A stretch of DNA of 61,227 bases, counting the filler. It is 7 parts of 7 records of this genome, joined end to end, with 100 filler letters (N's around TTAATTAATTAA, not from the genome) between each part and the next. Parts side by side here need not be neighbours in the genome. Positions count along the whole stretch, not along the records: positions 36,931 to 47,553 come from SRR31147125_47911; positions 47,654 to 53,528 come from SRR31147125_48003; positions 53,629 to 61,227 come from SRR31147125_48004; 4 more parts are not named here. One strand, given 5' to 3'. Each line of letters begins with the position of its first letter. Position 1 is the first letter of the stretch. The notes beneath the pieces are model-generated. The model had not been told where the DNA came from. It ran no database searches and saw only the letters and a program-made list of their open reading frames with translations. Positions 44,001-53,805 of the stretch are shown piece after piece. A program made the translations under genes and the position numbers.

Positions 44001-44225
44001 CTGTTAGAACTCATTGATAGTGGGGATATAAAGCTTATTATAAATACGCCGACTAATGGGCGCAGAAGCAACAAAGATGGGTTTAAAATACGTAGGTTTG
44101 CTGTAGAAAGAAAAATACCTGTTCTAACTTCTTTAGATACTGCAAAAGTGCTTATTGATAGTATGGATCAGCATATAGATAAAGAGCATTTAAAGCCAAT
44201 AAATCTATCTGAGATATTTAAATAA
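40998..44225 (+). CDS. carB: Carbamoyl-phosphate synthase large subunit
   Basis: GSGPIVIGQAAEFDY, duplicated ATP-grasp halves (EVNPR twice), C-terminal MGS domain. Confidence 0.98.
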   Translation: MPLNKKIKKVLVIGSGPIVIGQAAEFDYAGTQACTALKEEGIEVILVNSNPATIMTDESIADKVYIEPLTSEVILSIIKKEKPDSLLATLGGQTGLNLAIELYEKGILQDNNVEVLGTTIESIKMAEDREEFKNLMLSTGQPVMESVIVECEQQALDFAAKEGYPLIIRPAYTLGGTGGGIAYNEEELKEIIKSGLAASRVNQCLLEICIAGWKEIEYEVMRDGKGNVITVCNMENLDPVGIHTGDSIVIAPSQTLRDQEYQMLRSASLKIIEALKIEGGCNVQFALDTHSMNYHVIEVNPRVSRSSALASKATGYPIAKIAAKIAIGYGLDEIENGVTKKTYACFEPTLDYVVIKFPRWPFDKFTTADKTLGTRMKATGEVMSIGANFESAYLKALRSLELGLYSLNYTIPGMISKEEVFEHISRQDDERMMYVAKAIRMGITLEEIHDLTKIDYWFLKKFEGIINLEEKIKTLTFETLDKQTLRKAKRIGFSDYVISLWLDVDEFDIRRKRKEMDIIPAYKIVDTCAAEFDAVSPYFYSTYEQENEAKPSENKTVVVLGSGPIRIGQGIEFDYCSVHCVWSLKQAGFDTVIVNNNPETVSTDFDTSDRLYFEPLTCEDVVNILDQEKPYGVVCQFGGGTAINMAKYVKKAGYKIIGTSLDNINRAEDREEFYSLIQNLKLNLPEGKTVFTSDEAVKAANDLGYPVLVRPSYVLGGKGMEIAYKDNNIREYMDIISREQQEHPILVDKYLTGVEIEVDAISDGEDVLIPGIMEHVERAGVHSGDSISVYPAKNLITKKQEQEIIEITKSIAKSDALNAVGIINIQFVIFNEKIYIIEVNPRSSRTVPYLSKVTGIPMIDLAVRCSLGEKLSDMGYGTGLFPMRDIYAVKVPVFSHEKLPDVEVSLGPEMKSTGEVLGVSKNYNEAMIKGLVASGVNIPKAGDGKVLLTIADNDKQEVLPLARKLEGLGFELYATPGTAHVLNYNSIGTNSVKTLKHKDSKLLELIDSGDIKLIINTPTNGRRSNKDGFKIRRFAVERKIPVLTSLDTAKVLIDSMDQHIDKEHLKPINLSEIFK

Positions 44226-44250
44226 ATTAAGCTATGCAAAGGAAATTTAT

Positions 44251-45006
44251 ATGAGTACTGAAATAATATGTAGCGTAATAAGTAACAAAGAGATTGCAAA
44301 AGATATATATAAAATAAAGCTGTTTATTCCTCAAAAGCTTAATTTTAAAGCTGGCCAGTTTGTAAACATAAATATAAATAGGCATGACCTTTTGCTTAGA
44401 AGACCAATTAGTGTATTTAGATATAAAAAGGATAGAATTTCTTTAATATATAAAATTGTTGGAAAAGGAACAAGAGAATTATCTTTACAGAAAAAAGGTG
44501 ATTTGCTTTCGATACTTGCTATGCTTGGTAATGGTTTTAATGTTAAAAAGCAATACCAAAATATATGGCTTATTGGCGGAGGTATTGGTTGTGCTCCGCT
44601 TATGAGTATTATTGACGATAATACCGATAAAGAGTTTACAACTTTTTTAGGATTTGATACCCAAAATAGTATATACTGTAAGGAAGAGTTTGCAGAAAAA
44701 TCGAGTAAGTTTTTTGTATCGACTGATGATGGAACGTTTGGACATCATGGATTTGTTACTGATCTTGTAAAAAAAGAACTGGAAAATGGAAGCCCTGATG
44801 TTGTCTTTGCTTGTGGGCCTACACCTATGTTTAAATCAATTAAGCAAGTTTTAAGTGGAACAGGATGTAAAGCTTTTTTTAGCGTAGAAGAACGCATGGG
44901 CTGTGGCATGGGCGGATGTGCTGTTTGTGCATGTAAAACAACGGATGGCGTTAAAAAGGCTTGTGTAGATGGACCTGTTTTTGACATGGATAAGGTGGTG
45001 CTATAA
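44251..45006 (+). CDS. pyrK: Dihydroorotate dehydrogenase electron transfer subunit
   Basis: GQFV, RRPIS, GGGIGCAP, CGP, MGCGMGGCAVC...C.DGPVF. Confidence 0.93.
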   Translation: MSTEIICSVISNKEIAKDIYKIKLFIPQKLNFKAGQFVNININRHDLLLRRPISVFRYKKDRISLIYKIVGKGTRELSLQKKGDLLSILAMLGNGFNVKKQYQNIWLIGGGIGCAPLMSIIDDNTDKEFTTFLGFDTQNSIYCKEEFAEKSSKFFVSTDDGTFGHHGFVTDLVKKELENGSPDVVFACGPTPMFKSIKQVLSGTGCKAFFSVEERMGCGMGGCAVCACKTTDGVKKACVDGPVFDMDKVVL

Positions 45007-45910
45007 TGACAGATTTAAGTGTGAACTTTTTAGGAGAAACCTTAAAAAACCCTATAATAGCTGCTTCGGGAACATTTGCTTTTGCCGACTACTTTGATAA
45101 ATATTTTGATATAACTAAACTTGGAGGCATATCTTTAAAAGCATTAACTAAAGATTTGCGTGATGGTAATGATACCCCAAGGATTGCAGAAACTTGTAGT
45201 GGTATTTTAAATAGTGTTGGGTTGCAAAACCCAGGTGTCGATACTTTTGTTTCAGATATATATCCTAAAATCAAATATTTAAACACTTGCCTTATTGCAA
45301 ATGTTTCTGGATCGACCTTTGATGAATATATGTATGTTTTAGACAAACTAAATAGTACAGATATAAAGATAATGGAGCTTAATATATCATGCCCAAATGT
45401 TAAAAAAGGCGGATTGCAGTTTGGGGCTGATGAAGAAGCGGCATATAGCATTACTAAAAAGGCAAAAGAAGTAACCGACAAAAAGCTAATGGTTAAACTT
45501 ACGCCGAATGTAACCGACATTGCATCCATTGCAAAAGCTGTGGAATCAGCTGGAGCTGATGCGGTTTCACTTGTGAATACGTTTACCGCGATGGCGATTG
45601 ATATTAGAAAAAGAAACCGATACTTGCAAATAGAGTTGGTGGGCTTTCTGGTCCGGCAATTAAACCTATTGCGGTGCGTATGGTAAACCAAGTTTATAAT
45701 TCTGTAAAAATTCCTATTGCTGGTATGGGCGGTATTATGACAGGAGAAGATGTAGCCGAATTTATGATTGCAGGCGCTACATGTGTTATGGTAGGAACAG
45801 GCAATATGATTACGCCTCATATTACAATGAAGATAAAAAAAGAGTTCAAGAAATTCTTGAAATCTGAAAAAATAAAAAGCGCTAGTGAACTTACTGGATC
45901 ACTGCTATAA
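45006..45910 (+). CDS. pyrD: Dihydroorotate dehydrogenase 1B catalytic subunit (frameshift at ~45615)
   Basis: AASGTF, NSVGLQNPG, ELNISCPN, VKLTPN; one added A gives KPILANRVGGLSGPAIKP joined to ORF 45674-45910. Confidence 0.93.
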
Positions 45911-45952
45911 TAAAAAACTAAAAGCTTATTTTGTGAAAGGATATATATTAAT

Positions 45953-46534
45953 ATGAACAAACAAGAGATATTTGATATTTTTGAAAAAACTGGAGTGATG
46001 CAACAAGGTCATTTTAAACTAACATCAGGAAGACACTCTGATAAATACATGCAATGTGCAAAGCTATTTATTGATCCTTCTATATCAGAAATTATGAGTA
46101 AGGAGCTAGCTAGTAAATTTGATGCAGAAAAAATCGATTTAGTGGTTGGCCCTGCTATTGGCGGAATTATTTTAGCTTATGAAGTAGCAAGGCAGCTTAA
46201 AAAGCCAAATATTTTTGCAGAACGTCAAGATGGAAAAATGACACTTAGAAGAGGGTTTTGTGTTGAAAAAGGCATGAATATTATTGTAGTAGAAGATGTA
46301 GTTACTACTGGCGGTTCTGTTAAAGAAGTTATAAGCCTGCTTGAAGATATGGGAGCTAATGTTGTTGGTGTTGGTAGCATTGTTGATAGATCAAATGGTA
46401 AAGTTGATTTCGGTGTTAAGTTTGAAACTGTTTTATCTATGGAAGTAGTGTCATATGATGAGAAAGATTGCCCAATATGTAAGACAGGGGCTCCAATAAC
46501 TAAACCAGGTAGCAGAACTATTTTTAGTAAATAA
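45953..46534 (+). CDS. pyrE: Orotate phosphoribosyltransferase
   Basis: [27 protein letters not shown]. Confidence 0.95.
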   Translation: MNKQEIFDIFEKTGVMQQGHFKLTSGRHSDKYMQCAKLFIDPSISEIMSKELASKFDAEKIDLVVGPAIGGIILAYEVARQLKKPNIFAERQDGKMTLRRGFCVEKGMNIIVVEDVVTTGGSVKEVISLLEDMGANVVGVGSIVDRSNGKVDFGVKFETVLSMEVVSYDEKDCPICKTGAPITKPGSRTIFSK

Positions 46535-46546
46535 GTAGAGGCATAG

Positions 46547-47553
46547 ATGGTACATACTTTTGAATTTAATGATGAATTTATCGCTCTAGATGTAGAAAGC
46601 GGGTCTGTTCATATTTTGAACAAATTAGCTTTTGATGCTATAAATTCTATAACAAATAAGCAAGATAAAAACACACTCTTGGTAAAATATTCACAATCTG
46701 AAGTTGATGAGATATTTAAAGAAGTCGAAGAACTTAAAAAAGCTGACCTATTATTTTCTGAATGTGAACATGAACCGAATGATTTAGGTGATTTTGACCC
46801 TGTTGTCAAAGCTCTTTGTTTAAATATCACTACTGGCTGTAATTTAAGATGCTCATATTGTTTTGCTGGTGCTGGAACGGTTAAACATGAAGATATGAGC
46901 TTTGAAGTAGCGAAAAACGCTATTGATTTTTTAGTGAAAAATTCTGGAACAAGAAGAAACTTAGAAATTGATTTCTTTGGCGGAGAGCCTACCATAAACT
47001 TTGATGTAGTTAAAAAGACTGTTGAGTATGCAAAATCTTTAGAAGAAAAACACAATAAAAACTTTAGATTTACGCTTACAACAAACTGTTACAACATAGA
47101 TGATAACATGATAGATTTTTTAAACAAAGAAATGAAGAATGTTGTTATCAGTATGGACGGCAGAAAGTCTGTGCATGACAGTATTAGAAAAACAGCATCT
47201 GGAAAAGAAAGCTATGATAAAGTTTTAAGCAATGCTAAAAAAATTGTTAATTCCAGAGAAGGAAAAGAATATTATATTAGAGGTACTTTTACTAATAAAA
47301 ATCTTGATTTTTCTAATGATATAAAGTCTATGTTTGATGCGGGTTTTAAAGAAATTTCTATTGAGCCTGTTGTTACTGATATGGAATGCGGGTTGAAAGA
47401 AGAGGATTTACCTGTTATATTTAAGCAATACGAAGAGCTTGCGCTTTATCTTTTAGATAAAAGAGTTGAAAAAGGGTATAACTTTTTTCATTTTAATATA
47501 GATTTTTCTGGTGGTCCTTGTCTAAATAAAAGGCTTAGAGGATGCGGTGCTGG
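46547..47553 (+). CDS. scfB: SCIFF/ranthipeptide radical SAM-SPASM maturase (3' partial)
   Basis: N-terminal LDVESGSVH, KALCL...CNLRCSYCFA, RRNLEIDFFGGEP, YYIRGTFT, FFHFNID..GGPC..KRL.GCGAG. Confidence 0.88.
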
Positions 47554-47653
47554 NNNNNNNNNNNNNNNNNNNNNNNNNNNNNNNNNNNNNNNNNNNNTTA
47601 ATTAATTAANNNNNNNNNNNNNNNNNNNNNNNNNNNNNNNNNNNNNNNNNNNN
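47554..47653. other. Artificial contig spacer
   Basis: Same 100-bp linker. Confidence 0.98.
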
Positions 47654-47693
47654 GGACTGTCGCTTGCGGCGGTTCCGGACTTTTTTATTTTTT
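47654..47693 (+). terminator. Probable Rho-independent terminator of an upstream gene (truncated at contig edge)
   Basis: GC-rich stem GGACTGTCGC-TT-GCGGCGGTTC followed by TTTTTTATTTTTT. Confidence 0.45.
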
Positions 47694-47769
47694 GCGGCAG
47701 CCGAAGCTGCTGATGTATTCGCTTTAGGAGTGAATGCGGATTCGATGTTCGAGGTTTGAGGAGACGTAT

Positions 47770-48966
47770 ATGACGCATAAATATGACATTCCAAGGGAGA
47801 AAGCGATCCAGATCACGAAACTTCTGGCTGAATCGGACATCGAAATGCTGTTGGTGCTGACCAGGGAGGGGACTGACAAGGTTGTGCCGCTGCTGGTTGG
47901 GACGAAAGCGATTCATCTGGCTGCCATGATTTTCCGAAAAGACGGCCAGCATGCAATTTACACCTCCAAAAGTGATGAAGGTAATTTCCGGGAGACCGGA
48001 GTGTTTTCCGATATTCATGTCTACGGCGAGGACCTGGGAGAGGTTCTGAAATCCGCCCTGCTGCGTGAAGATCCGAAAACAGTTGCAATGAACTACTCGG
48101 AAGGTGACCATCTCTGTGATGGATTGACCAGAGGGCTCTATCTCTGGTTTGAAAACCTGATGGGAACCGCTTGGGTTGATGGTCATGTCATCTCATCGGA
48201 AAAGGTCCTGAAAGATGTACGGGGGATAAAGACCGCTACGGAAATAGCACGTGTTGCCAAAGCGGTTGAGATCACCTGCGATATTTATGATGAGATCTTC
48301 AGCCAGATTGAAATCGGCATGAGTGAGGTTGAGATCGGAGCGCTTTTTTCCGAAGGCATGCGTAAACGCGATGTGGTCAATGGAAATGACGGCGGTCTCG
48401 CCCCTCCCATGGTGCTTATCGTACGGGCCGGAATGTCTCACAGAGCCCCCGGTACTACCGCTTCGGTTGCCGGAGATGTCATAGTGATGGATGCCAGTGT
48501 GCGCTACAAGGGGTACTGCTCGGATATCGCGCGCTCAATGTATCTGCTGAAAGAGGGGGAAACAGAAGCCCCGCAGGAAGTACAGCACGCATTCCGGACC
48601 GTGATAGGGGCCATCAATGCCTCCATGGATGCTCTGTCCCCCGGAACAAAAGGCTGGGAGGTCGATATGGCCGGCAGGACAGCTATTGAGAATGGCGGAT
48701 ATCCGACCGTGAAACATTCGGTAGGGCATCAGGTGGGCATGGCTTGTCATGACGGTGGAACCCGGCTGGGACCACGCAAACCCGGCAAGACCGATGTAGA
48801 GGGAGCTGTTCGAACAGGTGAAATCTATGCCATTGAACCTACTGTGCTTCAGGATCAGGACAAGCCCAGTTTCATCGTGGAAGAGGATGTGCTGATTACC
48901 GAGGACGGATTGAAGATTCTGAGCCGGCGCCAGACAGAACTGATTCTTATTTCCCGCACAAGTTAA
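47770..48966 (+). CDS. M24B Xaa-Pro peptidase family protein
   Basis: GAGGAG SD; R.IKT..EI, metal ligands MDAS, CSDIAR, HSVGH, IEPT, VEED. Confidence 0.9.
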   Translation: MTHKYDIPREKAIQITKLLAESDIEMLLVLTREGTDKVVPLLVGTKAIHLAAMIFRKDGQHAIYTSKSDEGNFRETGVFSDIHVYGEDLGEVLKSALLREDPKTVAMNYSEGDHLCDGLTRGLYLWFENLMGTAWVDGHVISSEKVLKDVRGIKTATEIARVAKAVEITCDIYDEIFSQIEIGMSEVEIGALFSEGMRKRDVVNGNDGGLAPPMVLIVRAGMSHRAPGTTASVAGDVIVMDASVRYKGYCSDIARSMYLLKEGETEAPQEVQHAFRTVIGAINASMDALSPGTKGWEVDMAGRTAIENGGYPTVKHSVGHQVGMACHDGGTRLGPRKPGKTDVEGAVRTGEIYAIEPTVLQDQDKPSFIVEEDVLITEDGLKILSRRQTELILISRTS

Positions 48967-49002
48967 TGCAAACAATAGTGGTTGAATAGAGGAGTTTCGG
49001 AT

Positions 49003-50189
49003 ATGGGAAACTATGCAATACAGAAAGAGAAGCTTGCCCAGGCTGCTGGATACCTGAAAGAAGAGGGAATCGACCTGTGGCTGATGCCGACCCGGGAAGG
49101 CAGTGATCCCGCTCTGGATCTTATGACAAAGGTCAAAACTGTGGGATTGGGAGCTTTCCTGTTGAGTTCAGACGGGCGTGCTATGGCAATAACCAGTCGA
49201 ATAGATGTCCAGGATGTCGAGGAGAGCGGAATTTTTGAGCGAGTTCTGACCTACGCCGACTCCTTCGAGGATACGTTATGTGAACTGGTTCGAGAACTGA
49301 ACCCGGGGGTGATTGCCCTTAACTACTCTCTGGATGACCATCTTTGTGATGGGTTGTGCCAGGACTTCACAATCTCGTTACCAACTGCCTGCGGGATGTA
49401 TTTAACGGGGAATTTGTCTCATCACAGCCGGTTCTTGCCAAGGTGCGGGCTATAAAAAGCCCGGCCGAAATAGCCTGTCTGAAAAAAGCAATAGCGATTA
49501 CTACCGATATTTATGACGCGGCTTTTGCCAGAATCAAGGTTGGAATGAGCGAAATCGAAGTTGGTGATATATTCGTGGACGAAATGAAAACCAGAAACGT
49601 AACCAACGGTACCTACGGAGAACTATCTCCCCCGATGGTATTGAAAGAGCGTATTGCTCATCGCCAGCCCGGTGAGGCGAAACTGGAATCCGGCGATTTC
49701 CTGATTATCGATTTTTCGGTCTCCTATAAAGGCTACTGTTCAGATATTGCCCGCACGGCATATGTGCTGAAAGAGGGCGAAACCGATGCCCCGCAGGCTA
49801 TGCTGGAAACCTTTATAAATGCCCGCGATGCTATTACAGCCGCATTTACGGCACTATCCCCCGGTAAGAAAGGCTGGGAGATCGATGCCGTTGCCAGAAA
49901 CTATCTGCTGGAGCACGGTATGCCGGAAATCACCCATGCTACCGGACATCAGATCGGACTCGCGACCCATGACGGCGGCACACTGCTGGGACCCAGGTGG
50001 AACCGTTACGGTAGTGCTCCCTTTGGCGAAATCGCTGAAGGCATGGTATTTACCCTCGAACCAACTATCCTGAGAGATGAGGGTTTCAGTGCCCTTGTGG
50101 AAGAGAACGTGTTGGTGACTGCTGATGGTGCCGAATGCCTGTCAAAACGCCAGGAGAAACTCTACCTGATCTCTTCGGAGGGGAAGTAA
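49003..50189 (+). CDS. M24B Xaa-Pro peptidase family protein, paralogue of the upstream gene (frameshift ~49356)
   Basis: Shares TREG.D, NYS..DHLCDGL, YKGYCSDIAR, HDGGT.LGPR with the preceding gene; split over ORFs 48982-49455 and 49356-50189. Confidence 0.85.
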
Positions 50190-50190
50190 T

Positions 50191-51153
50191 ATGGGAAAAT
50201 ATATCATCAGAAGAATCCTGCAGGCCATACCGGTCCTGATCGGGATTACCATGCTGACCTTCCTTATCATGCAGCTGGCGCCGGGAAATCCGATGCAGAC
50301 CATGATAGATCCCCGTATCTCGGTGGAGGACATTCAGCGCGCTGAGGAGAATCTCGGATTCAACAAGCCGCTGGTTGTACAGTATTGGAACTGGCTGAAA
50401 GAGATCCTGACCGGTAACCTGGGCTATTCAGTGAAGACAAGGGAGCCGGTTGCCAAAATGATCGGAGAACGTCTTCCGGCCACCCTGCTGCTGACCATTA
50501 CCGCCTTTATCGTCAGCTTTGTGCTGGGAGTACCGCTGGGAGTCTACTCGGCAACCCATAAATATACGAAATCGGACTACGGGCTCACTATTTTTGCCTT
50601 TATCGGGATATCGGTACCCTCCTTCTTCCTTGGGCTGGGCTTGATATTCCTGCTCTCGCTCAAGATGGGGATTCTGCCGACCTCAGGGCTGGTTACCATC
50701 GGCCGCGGGTATACAGGTATGACCCTCTTTATCGATAAACTGCGGCATCTGATTATGCCGGCTATCATCCTGGCGCTTCCCAACCTGGCAACGGTCATGC
50801 GATTTACGCGTTCCAGTATGATAGATGTCATGAACCAGGACTACATCAGAACAGCCCGCGCGAAGGGGCTGAAGGAGAAGGTTGTTCGATACAAGCATGC
50901 CCTGAGAAACGCCCTTATACCGGTTGTTACCATTTTCGGGCTCTCCATTCCGTTTCTGTTCGGCGGAGCCTATATTACCGAAACCATTTTCAACTGGCCG
51001 GGCATGGGAAGTCTCGGCATCTCCGCGATCACCGCCAGGGAGTACCCGATTGTCATGGGATTGAACCTGTTTACATCGACCCTGGTGCTGATGGGTAACT
51101 TAATTGCCGATATCATGTATGCCTTTGTCGATCCGCGCATACGGTACAACTAG
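50191..51153 (+). CDS. oppB: Peptide ABC transporter permease
   Basis: APGNP, DYIRTARAKG, ETIFNWPGMG, DPRIRY. Confidence 0.92.
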   Translation: MGKYIIRRILQAIPVLIGITMLTFLIMQLAPGNPMQTMIDPRISVEDIQRAEENLGFNKPLVVQYWNWLKEILTGNLGYSVKTREPVAKMIGERLPATLLLTITAFIVSFVLGVPLGVYSATHKYTKSDYGLTIFAFIGISVPSFFLGLGLIFLLSLKMGILPTSGLVTIGRGYTGMTLFIDKLRHLIMPAIILALPNLATVMRFTRSSMIDVMNQDYIRTARAKGLKEKVVRYKHALRNALIPVVTIFGLSIPFLFGGAYITETIFNWPGMGSLGISAITAREYPIVMGLNLFTSTLVLMGNLIADIMYAFVDPRIRYN

Positions 51154-51162
51154 GAGCCGATT

Positions 51163-52084
51163 ATGAGCAGTGAAGCTATAAATTATCAGGAAATGGAAAA
51201 ACGTATTCGGGAAGCGGAGAAGGGAAAGAGTTTCTATCAGCTGGCCTGGCGTCGATTCCGGAAAAAATAAACTGGCCGTTATCGGTCTCTGGGTGCTCGG
51301 TCTGCTGATTGTTACGGCCATATTCGCGCCTCTGTTGTCTCCCTACAATCCCTTTATCTCGTTGAAGAATGCTGCCGGCACATATAATACACTGCAGGCG
51401 CCTTCGCGGGATCATCTGCTTGGAACTGACAGTCTGGGCCGCGACATCCTCAGCAGAATGGTCTATGCCGGACGTATCTCCCTTAGTGTAGGGCTGGTTT
51501 CGGTATCGATATCCACCTTTCTCGGTATGATTCTGGGAGCCCTGGCCGGATATTTCAGGGGATGGGTTGATGCCGTGATCATGCGTATCGTGGATGTGGT
51601 AATCTGCTTCCCGGTGCTCTTTCTTGTCATTACCGTTTCGACTCTGCTGAGCCCCAACATATTCAACGTAATGATTATTATCGGGCTGGTGAACTGGACC
51701 AAGACAGCCAGACTGGTGCGGGGCGAGATACTGAAAGTGCGGGAGTATGAGTTTATCGAGGCTACCAGAGCCTTGGGTGCGCGCAATGGGAAGATTATTT
51801 TTCGTCATATGCTGCCCAATATTCTGGCTCCTTTGCTGGTGCAGGCCACTCTGCAGACCGCCGCTGCCATTCTGACCGAGGCATCACTGAGTTTCCTTGG
51901 TGTGGGAGTGCAGCAGCCGACCCCGAGCTGGGGGAATATGCTGAACGAGGCTATGTCGCTTTCTGTATTAGCCACAAAGCTGTGGATATGGCTGCCGCCG
52001 GGGTTTGCCATCCTGGTTACCGTACTCTGTATTAACTTTGTCGGTGACGGGCTGCGGGATGCTTTCGATCCCAAGCAGGCATAA
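51163..52084 (+). CDS. oppC: Peptide ABC transporter permease (extra A in run 51262-51267)
   Basis: AWRRFRKNKLA N-terminal motif after correction; LGTDSLGRD, PTPSWG, GDGLRDAFDP. Confidence 0.9.
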
Positions 52085-52095
52085 CGGGTGCTAAT

Positions 52096-52131
52096 AGCAA
52101 TTACAATAACGATAACGCGATTGTAATTGCT
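52096..52131. repeat. Perfect 12-bp inverted repeat in an intra-operon spacer
   Basis: AGCAATTACAAT-N12-ATTGTAATTGCT. Confidence 0.7.
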
Positions 52132-52175
52132 CGCAAACGTGTACGTGGAAGAAATAGATTGATAAGGGAAAATTA

Positions 52176-53283
52176 ATGAATACAATACCGGAAATGAACC
52201 GTAACAGGATAGAACGACTCATTGCCAGATTTGATGGTCTGGGAATTGACGGCATGCTGCTGCATGATCTTACCGGAGTCAGATACTTTTCCGGATTTAC
52301 CGGCAGTCATGCCCGACTTATTGTTTCGCGATCCCGCAGGATTCTGTTTACCGATCAGCGTTACACCGAGCAGGCCGGTATGCAGGCTCCTGCGGGAAAT
52401 AGCTACCTGTGGAATCGACCGCTTTGGAGACCTGGTAAAGACGATAGCGGACAGCGCAGTGAAACGGCTGGGGTTCGAATCTGATGTGGTAACGGTAGAT
52501 GAGTTCGAGCAGCTGAAAAAAGGGCTGCATACAACATCGGGCAGCATTGAGCTGATTCCTGCAGCCGGGTTGGTGATAGATATTCGGGCCGTGAAAGATG
52601 CATATGAGATTGCCTGCATTACGAAAGCACTCGGCATTGCGGAACAGGCCCTTACGGAAATGGTGAAAGAGATTAAACCGGGCATGACCGAGAAGGCAAT
52701 TGCTGTAAGGCTGGAAGAGTTGATGCAGCAGCAGGGCAGTGAGATGCCGGCCTTCCCAACCATAGTGGCTTGCGGTACGAATACATCGAAACCGCATCAT
52801 GCTCCCGGGGATGATATCGTGCAAGCTGGAGATGCGCTGCTTTTTGATTTCGGCGCACAGGTCGGTGGTTACAAATCCGATATCACCCGCATGGTCTACT
52901 TAGGATTAGAGCCTGAAGATTTCCGGGAAATCCGGGAAGTAACCGAGCAGGCTCTGAATGCAGTTGAAAAAGTATTGAAATCGGGCATGACCGGGGCGGA
53001 AGCCGACAAGGTCGCCAGAGATGTGTTTATTGATCACAATCTGGAGTCCTATACCTTGCGGGGTCTGGGTCATGGTGTTGGTCTTGATATTCATGAATGG
53101 CCAAGACTGGTAATGAATAGTGAGATGGTACTGAAACCCGGGATGGTTGCTACTCTGGAACCAGGTGTCTACATACCCGGCAAGGCGGGAGTGCGACTGG
53201 AAAATCTTGCCCGCATAACCGAAGACGGGGCTGAGATTCTGAATAAGATACCTTTGGTTTTATCAATGGATTCGATTCAGTAG
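52176..53283 (+). CDS. Xaa-Pro dipeptidase/aminopeptidase P family protein (frameshift ~52393)
   Basis: RYFSGFTGS and TDQRYTEQA in ORF 52176-52484; FDFG, SDITR, GHGVGLDIHEWP, EPGVY, RLEN in ORF 52222-53283. Confidence 0.88.
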
Positions 53284-53319
53284 GAGAGCTGCCAAGTGAG
53301 CGGTGAGGGAAAAGACGAG

Positions 53320-53528
53320 ATGAATATGAAAGAGAAAGATAGAAAACATGAAACAGATACCATTCTCACCATCAGGGATCTGAAGACCTATTTCTATACC
53401 GATGATGGAGTAGCCAAGGCTGTTGACGGCATAGATTTTGAAATTCAAAAAGGCGAAACCCTGGGAATCGTGGGAGAATCGGGCTGCGGTAAATCGGTAA
53501 CCTCGATGTCGATCCTGAAGCTGGTAAA
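53320..53528 (+). CDS. oppD: Peptide ABC transporter ATPase (3' partial)
   Basis: [24 protein letters not shown]. Confidence 0.85.
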
Positions 53529-53628
53529 NNNNNNNNNNNNNNNNNNNNNNNNNNNNNNNNNNNNNNNNNNNNTTAATTAATTAANNNNNNNNNNNNNNNN
53601 NNNNNNNNNNNNNNNNNNNNNNNNNNNN
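53529..53628. other. Artificial contig spacer
   Basis: Same 100-bp linker. Confidence 0.98.
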
Positions 53629-53747
53629 AGCTGATTGTAGGTTATTTCCGTTTCAGCCTGACCGTTGCGCAAGAATGTAAGAGCGGTTTTCGTGCCGTAT
53701 GCTGCAGCCACAGACTCGAGGCGACTGTTTATCGATTCTGTATTCAT
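53629..53747 (-). CDS. 5' end of a probable AMP-binding (acyl-CoA synthetase-like) protein (partial)
   Basis: MNTESINSRLESVAAAYGTKTALTF...ITYNQL resembles adenylate-forming enzyme N-termini. Confidence 0.5.
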
Positions 53748-53805
53748 GGTATACGCCATCATCAACAAGGGTTGCCACCAAACCGCCGGCTGCGGCAATT
53801 CGGTG

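Noticed and set aside
15947-53528. A single peptide-utilisation island made of three Opp/Dpp systems and peptidases
   Set aside because: They lie on three separate contigs with different composition; proximity is an artefact of concatenation
8514-53628. Six identical N44-TTAATTAATTAA-N44 blocks as a biological repeat or CRISPR-like array
   Set aside because: Exactly 100 bp each, stops in all six frames, genes truncated at every edge and base composition jumps: artificial contig joiners
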